Assembly: GCF_009914755.1 (NCBI RefSeq)
Contig: NC_060935.1
DNA length: 64,000 nt
DNA from: the human T2T-CHM13v2.0 reference genome, Homo sapiens
Direction: 5' to 3' (one strand)
This document shows positions 18,883 to 30,372 of this stretch, in pieces; within the stretch, counting starts at the first letter, position 1; every line of letters starts with the position of its first letter. A program made the position numbers and the translations under genes. Under the pieces are notes generated by a model. The model was not told the DNA's origin. It searched no databases and saw nothing but the letters and a program-made list of their open reading frames with translations.

Positions 18883-19254
18883 ATGCTATTATATCAATGC
18901 CAGAAATTAGGGAAAAAAATTCCTAAGCATTTATATCCTGTTTCATTTGTATTCTTAATTTTTTTATTTGTTTTCCTTTTTGAAATATTTTAAAATACTA
19001 CCAGATATAACTGAAAAAAATATTTATGACAGTGGCAGAGTAAGGTAAAATATTTAAATCAAGACAAGTATTTTATTGTTTATTAATCAATGTTGCACTG
19101 AGCTTATCAAAGATTTAAAGAGAAAACAAGTGAGTGAAGAATGTACTGCTAACAATGAAATGTTTTTAGTCCTGAAATCTTACAAGGCATTTAGTCAGGT
19201 ATTCCATTTCCCCTGATGGCTGGCTAGATATTTGAGACAAATGAAATTCTGGAT

Positions 19255-19567
19255 CTGGACTGGTACAAGACTATAGCCTGTTAGGAACCAGGCTGCACAC
19301 CAGGAGGTGAGTGGCAAGTGAGTGAGCACCACTGCCTGAGCTCCACCTCCTGTCAGATCAGTGGGGTATTAGATTCTCATAGGAGCGCGAACTCTATTGT
19401 GAACTGTGTATGCAAGAGATCTAGACTGCATAGTCCATTTGAGAATCTAATGCCTGATGATCTCAGGTGGAACAATTTCATCCCAAGACCATCCCCCACA
19501 AAAATCTGTGGAAAAATTGTCTTCCATGAAACCAGTCTCTGGTGCTGAAAAGGTTGGGGACTGCTGA
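19255..19567. mobile_element. MER1B-like hAT-Charlie DNA transposon, one end truncated
   Basis: 'gcctgttaggaaccaggctgcacaccaggaggtgag', 'ttagattctcataggagcgcgaactctattgtgaactg', terminal 'aaggttggggactgctg'. Confidence 0.85.
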
Positions 19568-20409
19568 TGCATAGAAAATATTTTCTTCAAAACTCCAAAA
19601 TGCTAATACAAACAAAGTTTGAGATTTAAAGTTTTCCACATGACACAGATGACCTAATACAAGGAGTAACTTACTTACAGGATATCCCTAAGTCCCAGAT
19701 TAAAGTGGATTATTTTACCAGAGTTCGAAAGTTTGACAGGCCTATGGCTTTGTTCTTTATGGCTGGAAAAAGCATAGCACAGCTAGGCTGTCTTCACTGG
19801 ATCTATAAATATCTCAAGGGTAAAAGTAGTTCTGTTTCAGTCAGGGACCATTCAAGACATAAACCATGCTGACTATTTTAACACCTAAAATTTAATATAA
19901 AAATTGTTTTTGTTAACTAGGTAGACAGAACACAAAAAGCAAAAGGGACATGAATATCATAATGGTAGGTGGTAGGACATAAATATCTACCAGTCCTAGT
20001 CCTGAGGGAAAAATGAATGAGAATGGAATTATTAAATCTTAGAGACTTGAAAAAGAGGAATCACAAAGGTGTGACGAAGACCTTTGGGAAGGAGTAATGT
20101 ATGGCTGGTGCTGTTATCTCTGAGGAGAGTAGTTCTGATAGTATAGAAAAGCTGCAATGTGGACCAAACAGCTGCTCTCACTAGGGTCAAGAACAAAGTC
20201 ACTGCTATGATTACACCAGTAGGAACAGGAAGAAAAATAACAGGAAGAAACAAGTCTGTTTTTCCTATCTATCTATCTCCCTCTGGCATGTCCTATTGGC
20301 AGAGCCAGTTGACAGAGAGGAACTGTGTGTTGCAGAGTCTCAGCTACAGAGTGTACATATACCTCCCCAGTCTCTCATCCTTTCATGGACAAACCTTAAT
20401 TTGGTATTT

Positions 20410-21150
20410 TCACACTTGCACATTATTGGTAGGAATATAAAGTAGTACAGTTATTACAGAAAAAGTATGAAGATTCCTAAAAATAAGTAAATATAGAACT
20501 ACCATATGATCGAGGAATCTCACTATTGGGTATATATCCAAAGGAAATGAAGCTAGAATATTGAAGAGATATCTACGCTCCCATGTTTAGTGCAGTGTTT
20601 TTCACAATAGCCATGATATGAAATCAACCTAAGTGTCCACTAACAGATGAAAGGATAAAGAAAATGTGATGTATATATACAATGAAATACTATTCCACCA
20701 TAAAAAAGAAAATATCCTGTTATTTGTGACAAAATGGATGAACCTCAAGGATATTATGTTAGGCTTAGGAAGACAAATACCTCACGATCTCACTCATATG
20801 TGACATGTAAAAATGTTGATCTCATAGAAGAAGGAAGAAGAATGATGGTCACCAGGAGTGGACGTGATGGTCATTAAGGGAGTTGGGAAGATGTTACTCA
20901 AAGATTACAAAATTTGAGTTTGCTAGGAGGAATAATTTCAAGAGATCTGAGGTAGAACACGGTGTCTAAGAGAGTAGATTTTAAGTGTTTTCATTGCATG
21001 AAATAAAGCATATGTTAATTAGCTTACTTTAGCTATAATACAATGTAATGTATATTTCAGTAAACTGTATATTTCAAACATCATGTTTTACTTGATAAAT
21101 ACATACAATTTTGTCTATAAAGTTAAAAAGATAAAAAATAAAATACAAAA
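20410..21150 (+). mobile_element. L1MA-type 3' end
   Basis: 'atagaactaccatatgatc', 'aatcaacctaagtgtccac', 'caaacatcatgttttacttgataaatacatac' followed by an A-rich tail. Confidence 0.85.
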
Positions 21151-21159
21151 ATATATATA

Positions 21160-21660
21160 TCAGGAGGGATGATAAAGTATTCTAATTCCTTTGCATTTTC
21201 ATGGGTAAAAATAAAGGTATCAATTAATATTCGATTTTCATAAATTAAACATGCATGTTAAAAAGTAACCATGAAAATATTAGAAATAGAGCACATAGCC
21301 TCTAAATTGGTAGAGGGGAAAGAATTGGAATTGCCAAAAGTCAGTTTAATAGAAGGAAATATGAGAGAGAAAAAGGAACATAGAGTTGGCATGACAAACA
21401 GAAAGCACATAATAAGATCCTAGGTTTAAATCCACATATATAAGTAATTTCATTTAACGTAAATGAAGAAAGTGATCTAATTTAAAGAAAAACATTGCCA
21501 GCTTGGATAAAACAATGACAAAATTCAGCTATATGTTGTTCACAAGAGCCACATCTAAAATATAAGGATATAGAAGTTTTGAAAGAAAGGATACAAAAGA
21601 TTTGCCAAGAAATCCTAACAAAAGATGGCACAACTACTGATTTGTCCAGACTACAAAAGA
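21160..21660 (+). mobile_element. Ancient L1M fragment (ORF2 start region)
   Basis: 'cagctatatgttgttcacaagagccacatctaaaatataagg'. Confidence 0.6.
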
Positions 21661-22579
21661 ATCTACATGCCCAGTCCTAGATGTGAAAAAAGACTTTCAA
21701 ATGTGATAGACAGGAAACTTTTGCTTGATCTTGCCAGGGCTGCAACCTGTGGCTCTGCCAACTTGCGCTTCCAGCAACACAAGGCCAAGTCACGGTCTCT
21801 GACTTCTGCTTATCACCACTTTGTGTAGCCTGAGGAAAAATTGATATGAATCAGGACTTTTGATACTAAATCAAGACATACATTCACATGGGAAAAGACA
21901 GAAAATCTTATTCAACCTGGGCAATCTTTCCATTTCCTGAATCTCAAAGACAGTAGTTCTATTTTTAAAAGAATAATCAGAGGAAGCAGAAATTACCTAC
22001 AGTTGAAAGCTCTGAAAAAAAAAATAAGTTTTGGGAAGATAAATGGTTTATTCACAAAGCTAGTTTTATTTTTCTGTCATTTTATCCTCAATTTGTTTTT
22101 TGCTTAACAATTTGGAGGCCATTAAATCCAGAAAATAAAATAACTTCAATTATAATGTTGATAGTTTCTTTTTTCAAGTTCTTTCCTATTCTTTATAACC
22201 TAGAAAAGACTGACATTAGATTTATCCAGTTTCAAAATATTATATCTCTTTTGAATTTAAAAGTAATAAAAAGCAGATATTAATTGAAATTGCTGTCTGA
22301 ATAAGCTACTCTTAAATTCTATGAATTTCATTATCTGTCAGTTCTCAAACATGTAAAATAACTAAGGGAAACATTTTTCCAATAATACTTCAAAATTTCT
22401 GAAAAAAATTGGATTGTCTATTATCATACAGACACAGAGGAGATAGGAGATATAAGGGGAAAGTAGACTTTACTTTTTCTTTTTTTACTTCTATTTTCCT
22501 ATTTTTTGTTGAAAATATCCCCAGACACCTACTGTCACTCTTTCTATCACTATAAACTTGCTTCAATTATCTAGATTTT

Positions 22580-22710
22580 TATTATTTTTCTTTTGAGATG
22601 GGGTCTTACTATGTTGCCCAGGCTTGACTTGAACTCCTGGGCATAAGTGATCTTCTCACCTCAGCTTCCTGAGTAGCGGGGACTATAGGCATGCACCACC
22701 ATGTCTAGCT
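22580..22710 (-). mobile_element. FLAM / Alu monomer
   Basis: 'gagatggggtcttactatgttgcccaggc...gggactataggcatgcaccaccatg', single arm. Confidence 0.85.
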
Positions 22711-23143
22711 CTAGAGCTTTTATAAAATGGAATCATACAGTGTGAACTTGTCTTTGGCATCTTTCATTAAGGATAATTATTTTGAGATTCATCTATGTTG
22801 TATGTACCAATAATCGCTATTATTTTGTGTTATTCAACATGTCTTATACATGGTATCATGCAGTAAAAAAATAAGGAAGAATATGTACCATATATTTTAA
22901 GTTAGCCAGTAATCAAAAAGTGGAGGAAAACTGGTCCTAACGGTGTGACTTTGTTGTTAATAATTCTATGAGCCAATGGTTACATTCTTTCCACTGTGGT
23001 AGGGGCAAAGTTCTATTAGCATACATGTAGATAGCAAATAGAGTCTATTCATAAATCTTTCTTTCTGAAATGTAAATAGGGTCATACACCTACTTGCTTG
23101 AAATTTTCAACAGCACAATGAATAGAAGGAAAAAAAAAAAACC

Positions 23144-23756
23144 TTTTTACCGGTGGATACAGCAGTGTATCCGTACATGTCTGCAGCAACTTCAATTCTT
23201 GCGTCCTCAGAAGAAAGAATTCAGCTGAGGGGCATAAGGCAGAAGAGATTGAGGCGAGTTTCAGACCAGGAGTGGAAGTTTATTTTAAAAAGGCTTTAGA
23301 ACAGGAAAGAAAGGAAAAGTTGCCTGAAGAGACACAAGTGGGCACCTGAATGTCAAAAAGAGGGCGTTTAACTCTGATCCTAAGACTTTGTAGGCTCTCC
23401 TCTTTCCCAAGATTCTCCCTTAGGCTGGGTTTCCTGCATGTGCAGTGCCCTCCTTACCCTTGGGAACTGAGCACACGCAGCGTGTCTACGAAATTGTACA
23501 CATGCCCATCTGAGGCTTTTTCTAGTGGAGTGTCCCTGGAAGTCACACTTCACCATTTTTCCTCTTAGAGCACATGCCCAGGAATTTTCTTCTCCCTGGC
23601 CTCTGCATTCAGTTAACACTAAAATGTCAGTAGCTGTGGATCATCAAGAGAGTGTCTCTCCCAGGTGCCCTGGTGCCAGCTGCCGAATTATCATTGTTAG
23701 AAAGGCAGTGTCATAATTGTGGAACCACGCTCATGCCTATCTAACTACCTGTAACA
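23144..23756 (-). mobile_element. ERV1-class solo LTR (LTR9/MER50 group)
   Basis: Minus-strand start TGTTACAGGTAGTTAGATAGGCATGAGC; 'cctcagaagaaagaattcagctgaggggcataaggcagaag'; poly(A) signal (+ strand tttatt ~23279). Confidence 0.75.
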
Positions 23757-25800
23757 AATTCATGAATATAAAATACCTACACAATTGGCCTCTTCTTACC
23801 TCTTCAGGCCTGATTTCCATCCCTATTTTTAAGAACCACGTTATGGTCTGTACCTCTTTTGCTTGCAGGGCCCTCTATTTGGAATATTTACTCCTTTACC
23901 CACTTTCTTTGCTGTAGAATCTTTCAGGGGCTGCTGCTCTCAGTTGTACGGTGAACATTTATTTTTCCTCTTTTCTCTTCATAATTGTTCCCTCATTGTG
24001 GTTGTCTTAAACCTTTTATTGTGTTGCTTTTTAAATTCCAGGGGAAAGAAAAAGTCACCAGGGATTATATTTATTATTTGAAAAATTCTAAAAACTTCCC
24101 TTAAATACATATTACTCATATTTTATATATTAAGTACATAAGAGTTATAAAAATGTAAGAAATTTCCTGGTGATCTTTTATGGTTGAAAAGTGATTGAAA
24201 TTGGGGAGAAAATGAAATGTGTACAATTTCAAATAGTAGCTTTTTCAGGTAGTAATTTTAGTGAGCCATCTGAATTTCTGTTGTTTATTTCACTTACATA
24301 ATGAATACATTTTGTATCCTTGTGGAAATTCAGATCAATCTGGCTCCAAAAAGCTTTGCCAGAGGTCATACTATGAGCCTGGAGGTTTCTAGAGAATTTC
24401 AAATAGGTTAAGATGCTGTTAACTATGAAGCAGAGAAAAACTCAACATTTAGGAATTAGTATCTCAACTTTACCACCATTGACCTTGGGCAAATAACTTC
24501 ATTTCATAATTTGTAAAATGAATAGATATGACCTGATTAGTGTCATTCTTTTTTTCAAGCCTCTTTTTGTTTTGCTAAATACAAAACCTTCCTTGTCATT
24601 CTTGGGGATGCTCTGATTGCCCTTAGGCCAACCTTACTCTTCTGTTACTGATGATTAAATCACTTCTGAAGCCATGTTGGACACTGGGCTGAGTCCACTT
24701 TCATCTTATTGGCTCTATAAATATACAAAATTTGAGGCTAGGAAAAAAAGTCAACACATTCAGTTTCTAAGGCTGAAGGAGACATGTAGTCGTATGTTTT
24801 GGTTGGAGAAATAGGGTTTGTATACATATTGTTGATATTCAATCTGAATATTATGAAGAGTCTTTTGGGATTTCTTAGTAAATGGGGCCCTGTGTGATGG
24901 TTTCCCAATGGAGACAAGCATGGTCCTGACTGCAGGCGCAGGCTGTATGCTTGACTCTTAAGCAGATTTACTGGTCTTGCAGAGGTCCCACACTGCTCAT
25001 CATGTATCTTCTATTCAACTGATCAGCAGAATAGACTTCTTGGCTTTTGTGTAAAACGCCGAAAGATTGAATCCTCACGTCAGTAATTTCTGGTTGCTTG
25101 GAAACAATTCTCCTTTTGCCACTGTGAAGGAATTTAGGTCAGCAGTGAATTAATCCCTTACAAATTAGAGAAATATAGCCTATCATAAATTCTAAATTGG
25201 CCTGTTGAAGATGGGAACTATAACACTGATTCCACCTTTTTTAATGAATGAGAAACAAATTGAAAGGCAACATTCCAAAGAAATTCTCCGAAAATGAACA
25301 GTGTTATTTTACAGCAAGAAATGCCTGTTTTTATCGAGAAAGATCCAGTGATTCTTATGACCCACAGCCAAACAGGATTTTTTACCACTTCACATTAGTA
25401 GTATATAGCAATGAGGAGACAGAGGGAATAAAATGAAATGCGTCTCTGGGAGGGACCCTAATTCTAAGAGAATGCAGATGGTATTTTATATCCTTCAGTC
25501 TGATAAGAACCACAGAAATAACCATTTGAGAAACCTCACAGGATTTATTTCAAGTGATGAATTTTGGAAGGCGGTAAGGAGGAAGAAGATTCCCCAGCTC
25601 TTTTCATATTGTACCCAGGCGTTAAGATAATACAGTGTGTTGATAAAGAACTGTTCCAGGGCGAAATCAATTGGGCATGTTCAAGGTTAAGATTACTTTC
25701 TCTCCTTTCAGGAGGTAGATAACCAAGACAGGGAAAGTAGAGAAAAATAAGCAGATAAAAAGCCCTAGTTCATCTTCTGTGACTCAGAAAATAAAGGCAT

Positions 25801-25822
25801 GCACACATACACATCATACACA

Positions 25823-25858
<36 letters not shown>
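25801..25858. repeat. (CA)n microsatellite abutting the NUMT left junction
   Basis: Direct inspection. Confidence 0.95.
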
Positions 25859-25869
25859 CTCTGTCAGAT

Positions 25870-26377
25870 GTTTTATGCTGTTGCTTATAGTATTCTGGTG
25901 AATGATTTTGTTAATTTATTAGAGTTTAGGACTAAGCATAGTGGGGTATCTAACCCCAGTTTGGGTCTTACCTATTGTCTCTTCAGGGTATTAAAGCAAC
26001 TTTCGTACCATATTTTATTTCAGCTGGAGTTTTTTTACAACTTAGACAGAGTTTAGCTTTATTGAGGGTAGATCTTAAACACTCTTTATGCCAAGTTCTG
26101 TTAGCTTGGGTTAATCGTATGACGGTGGTGGCTGGCACAAAATTAACCAATGCTAAATATTAGTATAGCTTAGTTAAACTTTCGTTTATTGCTAAAGATT
26201 TATCACTGCTGTTTCCCGTGGGGGTGTGGTTGAACAAAGTGTTTTGAGCTGCATTTGTGCATGCTTGATACTTGCTCCTTTTGATTCAGGTGATCTAGAG
26301 GGCATTTCCACTGGGCAGGGATGCTTGCATGTGTAATCTTACTAAGAGTCAATAGAAAGGCCAGGAGCAAACCTATT
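25870..26377 (-). pseudogene. MT-RNR1: NUMT copy of the 5' ~510 nt of mitochondrial 12S rRNA
   Basis: Minus strand: AATAGGTTTGCTCCTGGCCTTTCTATTGACTCTTAGTAAGATTACACATGCAAGCATCCC, GTGCCAGCCACC, AAACTGGGGTTAGATACCCCACTATGCTTAG. Confidence 0.95.
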
Positions 26378-26435
26378 TGTTTATGGGGTTGTGCAGACCC
26401 ATCTAGACATTTTCAGGGTCTTGCTTTGAATAATT
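26378..26435 (-). pseudogene. MT-TF: NUMT mt-tRNA-Phe, 5'-truncated
   Basis: Minus strand: CAAAGCAAGACCCTGAAAATGTCTAGATGGG...ACCCCATAAACA (GAA anticodon), immediately upstream of 12S. Confidence 0.9.
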
Positions 26436-26889
26436 GACAACACCCCCAAGTGTTATGGGCCCAGAGCAAGGAGGGTAGTACTCCCGAGTGGGATGATGAT
26501 TTCACAGAGAATGGTAGGTTAAGAGACTAAAGCTTGGTAGGGGATATCCATGTTGATGAGGATTAACTTGTCTATAATGTGCTATGTCCGACGAATGATT
26601 TTATGTACTATGTAATACTAGGGATTTTTAGTATGAGTCAATGTCCATGTTAGCTAGGTTTGTTATATGGATGTTCATCATGAATGTATTATAGTTGATC
26701 AAGAGATTTTCAGTACGTGCTTATATGCATGTGGATTAAGCTTTTAATGCACTTTTATATGTAAATATACTATGTACAATTAAGCAATTACAGTACAACT
26801 AGCAGTAATGCATGAAGTACATAAAAGCACTAATGTATAAGTGCTAGTTGGTTAATACTGACATGGTAAAGTGTGTGCTGAAGAAAGTA
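26436..26889 (-). other. NUMT mitochondrial control region, ETAS/HVS-I part only
   Basis: TAS-type motifs (TACATAGTACATAAAA, TATGTACTTCATGCATT) and conserved block CTCTGGGCCCATAACACTTGGGGGT. Confidence 0.88.
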
Positions 26890-26957
26890 CAGGGAATAGT
26901 TTAAATAGAATTTCAGCTTTGGGTGTTGATGGTGAAGCAGGAATGCTTTTTCCCTGA
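26890..26957 (+). pseudogene. MT-TP: NUMT mt-tRNA-Pro
   Basis: cagggaatagtttaaatagaatttcagctttgggtgttgatgg...tccctga; TGG anticodon at 26920-26922; acceptor stem caggga/tccctg. Confidence 0.92.
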
Positions 26958-26959
26958 GT

Positions 26960-27025
26960 TGTCCTGGGGAGGAATTCTTCATTTCTGGTTTACAAGACCA
27001 GAGCATTAAATTATACTACAAGGGC
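26960..27025 (-). pseudogene. MT-TT: NUMT mt-tRNA-Thr
   Basis: Minus strand: GCCCTTGTAGTATAA...GGTCTTGTAAACCAGAAATGAAG...CAGGACA (TGT anticodon). Confidence 0.92.
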
Positions 27026-28478
27026 AGTTTCATTTAAGTAGCTTATTTTCTTTTTCTTTTTCTTTTTTTTTTTGAGACAGAGTCTCGCTCTTTCACTGAA
27101 GCCTGACTGCAGTGGCACTATCTCGGCTCACCGCAAGCTCTGCCTCCGGGGTTCACGCCATTCTCCTGCCTCAGCCTCCCGAGTAGCTGGGACTACAGGC
27201 ACCCACCACAGCGCCCGGCTAATTTTTTGTATTTTTAGTAGAGACAGGGTTTCACCATATTAGCCAGGATGTTCTGGATCTCCTGACCTCGTGATCCGCC
27301 CGCCTCGGCCTCTGAAAGTGCTGGGATTACAGGCGTGAGCCACCGTGCCTGGCCTTAAGTAGCTTATTTTCAATTAGGGCAGTGAGTGGTATAGGGTGAG
27401 GATGGTAGAGAAGTTCATAATGGATGCTGTCTGTCAAATAGTAACAAAAGGTTATTTGACAGGCTATCCTCCAATTCATGTGAGTGTGACAGGTCAGCCA
27501 CTAAGATCCAGAAAAGGCACTGACTTCATGGATAGAATATTATGCTTTGTTGTTGAGACATGTAGAGTACAGAGATAACTGTTAAGATGAGAATGGGAGA
27601 TCAAAGGGCTAGTATACCTCCTAGTTTGTTAGGGATGGATTGTAAGATTGCGTATGCAAACAAAAAGTATCACTCTGGCTTAATGTGGGGTGGGGTATTG
27701 AGGGGGCTGGCTAAACTGTAATTATCTCGGTCATTCAGGAGATCAGGCGAAAATAGTACTAAAATTATTAAGAGGAGGAGGAGAAAAATTAAGCCTAGAA
27801 TATCTTTGGATTGTATAATGGGGTGGAAAGTGATTTTGTCCGAGATCCGTGAAGGATTGTTAGATCATGTTTCATGTAAGAATAAAAGCTGAATAGTTGC
27901 TAGAGCTGTGATGATGAAGGGTAAAATGAAATGGAAGGCGTAAAAATCATGTAACGGTGACTTTATCAACTGAGAATCCACCTCAGATTCATTGTACAAG
28001 GTCAGTTCCAATATATGGGATGGGTGATAGTAGGTTTGTAATTACTGTAGCACCTCAGGATAATATTTGGCCTCATGGGAGCATGTAGCCTATGAATGTG
28101 GTTCCTATAGTTGTGAGTAGGAGGATAATGCCAGTGTTTCAGGTTTCTAGGAATATAAATGACCTGTAGTATAAGCCTTGGCCAAATGTGTAGGAAGAGG
28201 CAGATGAAGAATATTGAAGCACCGTTAGCATGAAAATAGCGGACTATTCAGTCATAGTTTACATCTCGGCTAATATGAGTGACTGAAGAGAAGGCAGTTG
28301 AGGTATCTGATATATAGTGTATGGCCAGGAATAGTCCTGTAATGATTTGGAGAATTAAGCAGGCACCAAGAAGTGAGCCAAAGCTTCATCATGTAGAGAT
28401 GTTAGATGGTGTGGGAAGATCAATAAATGAGTAGTTGATCATTTTTATTAGCGGATGCGTTTTGCATATTTTGGTCAT
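27026..28478 (-). pseudogene. MT-CYB: NUMT cytochrome b pseudogene, near full length, interrupted by AluY
   Basis: ATGACC start at 28478; KPEWYFLFAY motif with TGA=Trp (PEWY at 27667-27678); indels; ends adjacent to tRNA-Thr. Confidence 0.95.
27051..27354 (-). mobile_element. AluY-lineage element inside NUMT CYTB
   Basis: AluY diagnostics 'gcaagctctgcctccggggttcacgccattctcc' and 'gacctcgtgatccgccc'; perfect 17-bp TSD ttaagtagcttattttc (27034-27050, 27355-27371). Confidence 0.95.
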
Positions 28479-28482
28479 TAGT

Positions 28483-28545
28483 GTTCTTGAAGTACAATGA
28501 TGGTTTTTCATACCATTAGTCATGGTTATAGTCCATGTAGCAATA
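28483..28545 (+). pseudogene. MT-TE: NUMT mt-tRNA-Glu with a ~6-nt deletion
   Basis: gttcttg[tagttg missing]aagtacaatgatggtttttcataccatt...aata; TTC anticodon; lies between the CYTB and ND6 starts. Confidence 0.88.
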
Positions 28546-28877
28546 ATGGCATATCCTTTATTTTTATTAAGTATTCTTTTCGTTATAAGGTTTGTAGGTT
28601 TTTCTTCAAAACCTTCTATTTGTGGGGGTCTAGTGTTAACTGTGGTGCTGTGGGTTGTGGTATTGTGTTAAATTTTGGTGGGGCTTTTGTGGGGCTAATA
28701 GTCTTTTTAATTTATTTGGGAGGTATAATGGTTGATTGGCTATACTGTGGCAATGGCTATTAAGGAATATCCTGAAACATGAGGATCAAGTGTTGACATT
28801 TGAGGGGCTTTATTATTAGGATTATTAATAGAGCTGGTGTTAATTTGGTGAATAATTGAATATGATCAGGTGGTAAT
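28546..28877 (+). pseudogene. MT-ND6: NUMT ND6 pseudogene, 5' ~330 nt
   Basis: ATG at 28546; track ORF 28497-28763 contains [30 protein letters not shown], matching the ND6 VFLIYLGG motif. Confidence 0.92.
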
Positions 28878-29114
28878 ATATATGATCTATAGGATCTCTC
28901 TCTCTCCTCATTGTTATATGCTACTAATGCGAGGTGGTAAAAAACTCTCTCTATATATATCATTCTCCTTTTGCCACTGTGAAATAATTCGGTCTAGATA
29001 TATACATACGTGTGTGTGTATAGAGAGAGAAAGAGAGAGAGAGGGAGATCCTGTATCCTATAGACTTTATTTTTCTGAAGAACCCTTAATAATACATAAA
29101 ATATGCTGTATTTT

Positions 29115-29255
29115 AAATATCCTGGGAGCTTGTAAAAATGCAGATATGGGTGACCCACTTTATTTCTGGGATGGAAGCTAAGAATCTATATTTTTACCAG
29201 GTACCCCTTCCAGATGATTCTAATACATACAAAGTTTGAAGACCACTGTGCTAGA
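29115..29255. mobile_element. MER5-type hAT-Charlie fragment
   Basis: 'cctgggagcttgtaaaaatgcaga', 'gatgattctaat...aagtttgaagaccactg'. Confidence 0.7.
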
Positions 29256-30372
29256 ACAATAACAGCATTTTGTGGAGCTCATTCTATATGAATCAATTAT
29301 TAGGTTTATTATCATTCATAAGCTTATGTCATCCTTAGATTAATTTTATGAGGTAGGCAATATTAATAGACCTTAAATCACATGAAGATATTTAGGTAGA
29401 TAAGCTAACACCTTCAACCTAATTAGGATTTTCCAACTGTTCAAATCAGGAGCTTCTACATAACTGCTAAATGTCAGAGCTTCCTGGAACTGCTATAAGG
29501 TATACAAATCGGTAGTGTTCCCACAAGACCTTGCTGAAAACTTTTAAACTTTTACCTAGTCAGAGCTGGTTCCACTCCAGAAAGACTCCTGAAGGATTTA
29601 AACATTTTATTACTCAATGTAAATGATAATTTTCAATGTATTCATTGTACCATATTTTTTTCTTACAGTTAGAAGAATCTTAAGAGATCAATTGAAACAA
29701 TCCTGTAGTTTTATAGATTAAAGAAAGACTTAGGTTAAAACTCATTTAAGTCATTTAAGCAGCATCATTTGTTTAAAATATTGATAAATCGATACTAACT
29801 TAATTTTTTTGTCTTGAAATAGTTTAACATACATTCTTATGAGCTTGCTTCCTGGATTGAAGCTGCCTTATCTGAAAGCTTGGTAGTATGTCATTTTCTA
29901 TTTATGAACCTTAATAAACATTGTAAAACTTAGGATAAATAAAGCCTTTAAAAGTTGGTTCACATATTCCTCAATTGGAAAAACTTCATTAATTGTTATT
30001 ATTTTTATGCAAAATAGAGACTAGTCTGCTTTTAGGGACACTTTAAATATTCTGTCTGCATCAACTCTGAAAAATTCCAGTAGTATCTTCTAATGGCTGT
30101 GATAATCACAGTGTTTCATGTCATTCCACACAAGAGGAAATTATTATGAAGTAATTGATCATCTCAAATGCAGTCGAGGCAAAAAGATGAACTATTAATC
30201 AAGAATCTTAGTGATTAGATGGGCTCAAAGGAACAAAGTGATTGCAACATCCATTCGAAGTGTGAGAAGTGATACTAGAAAAATCATAGCACCCCAGGAT
30301 TGGTTCTAAAAGCATCCCTTGGGCACAGCTGGCCTTGTGTAAAACTAGGAAAGATACAAAATCTTTTGTCCC

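Larger units (their letters stand above)
25870..28877 (-). other. NUMT: nuclear insertion of mitochondrial DNA (12S part to ND6 part)
   Basis: Vertebrate mtDNA gene order ND6-E-CYTB-T-P-control region-F-12S read on the minus strand; many substitutions and indels. Confidence 0.97.

Noticed and set aside
26378-28545. Functional tRNA genes
   Set aside because: Mitochondrial-type tRNAs in a decayed NUMT; Phe is truncated and Glu has a deletion, so they are annotated as pseudogenes.
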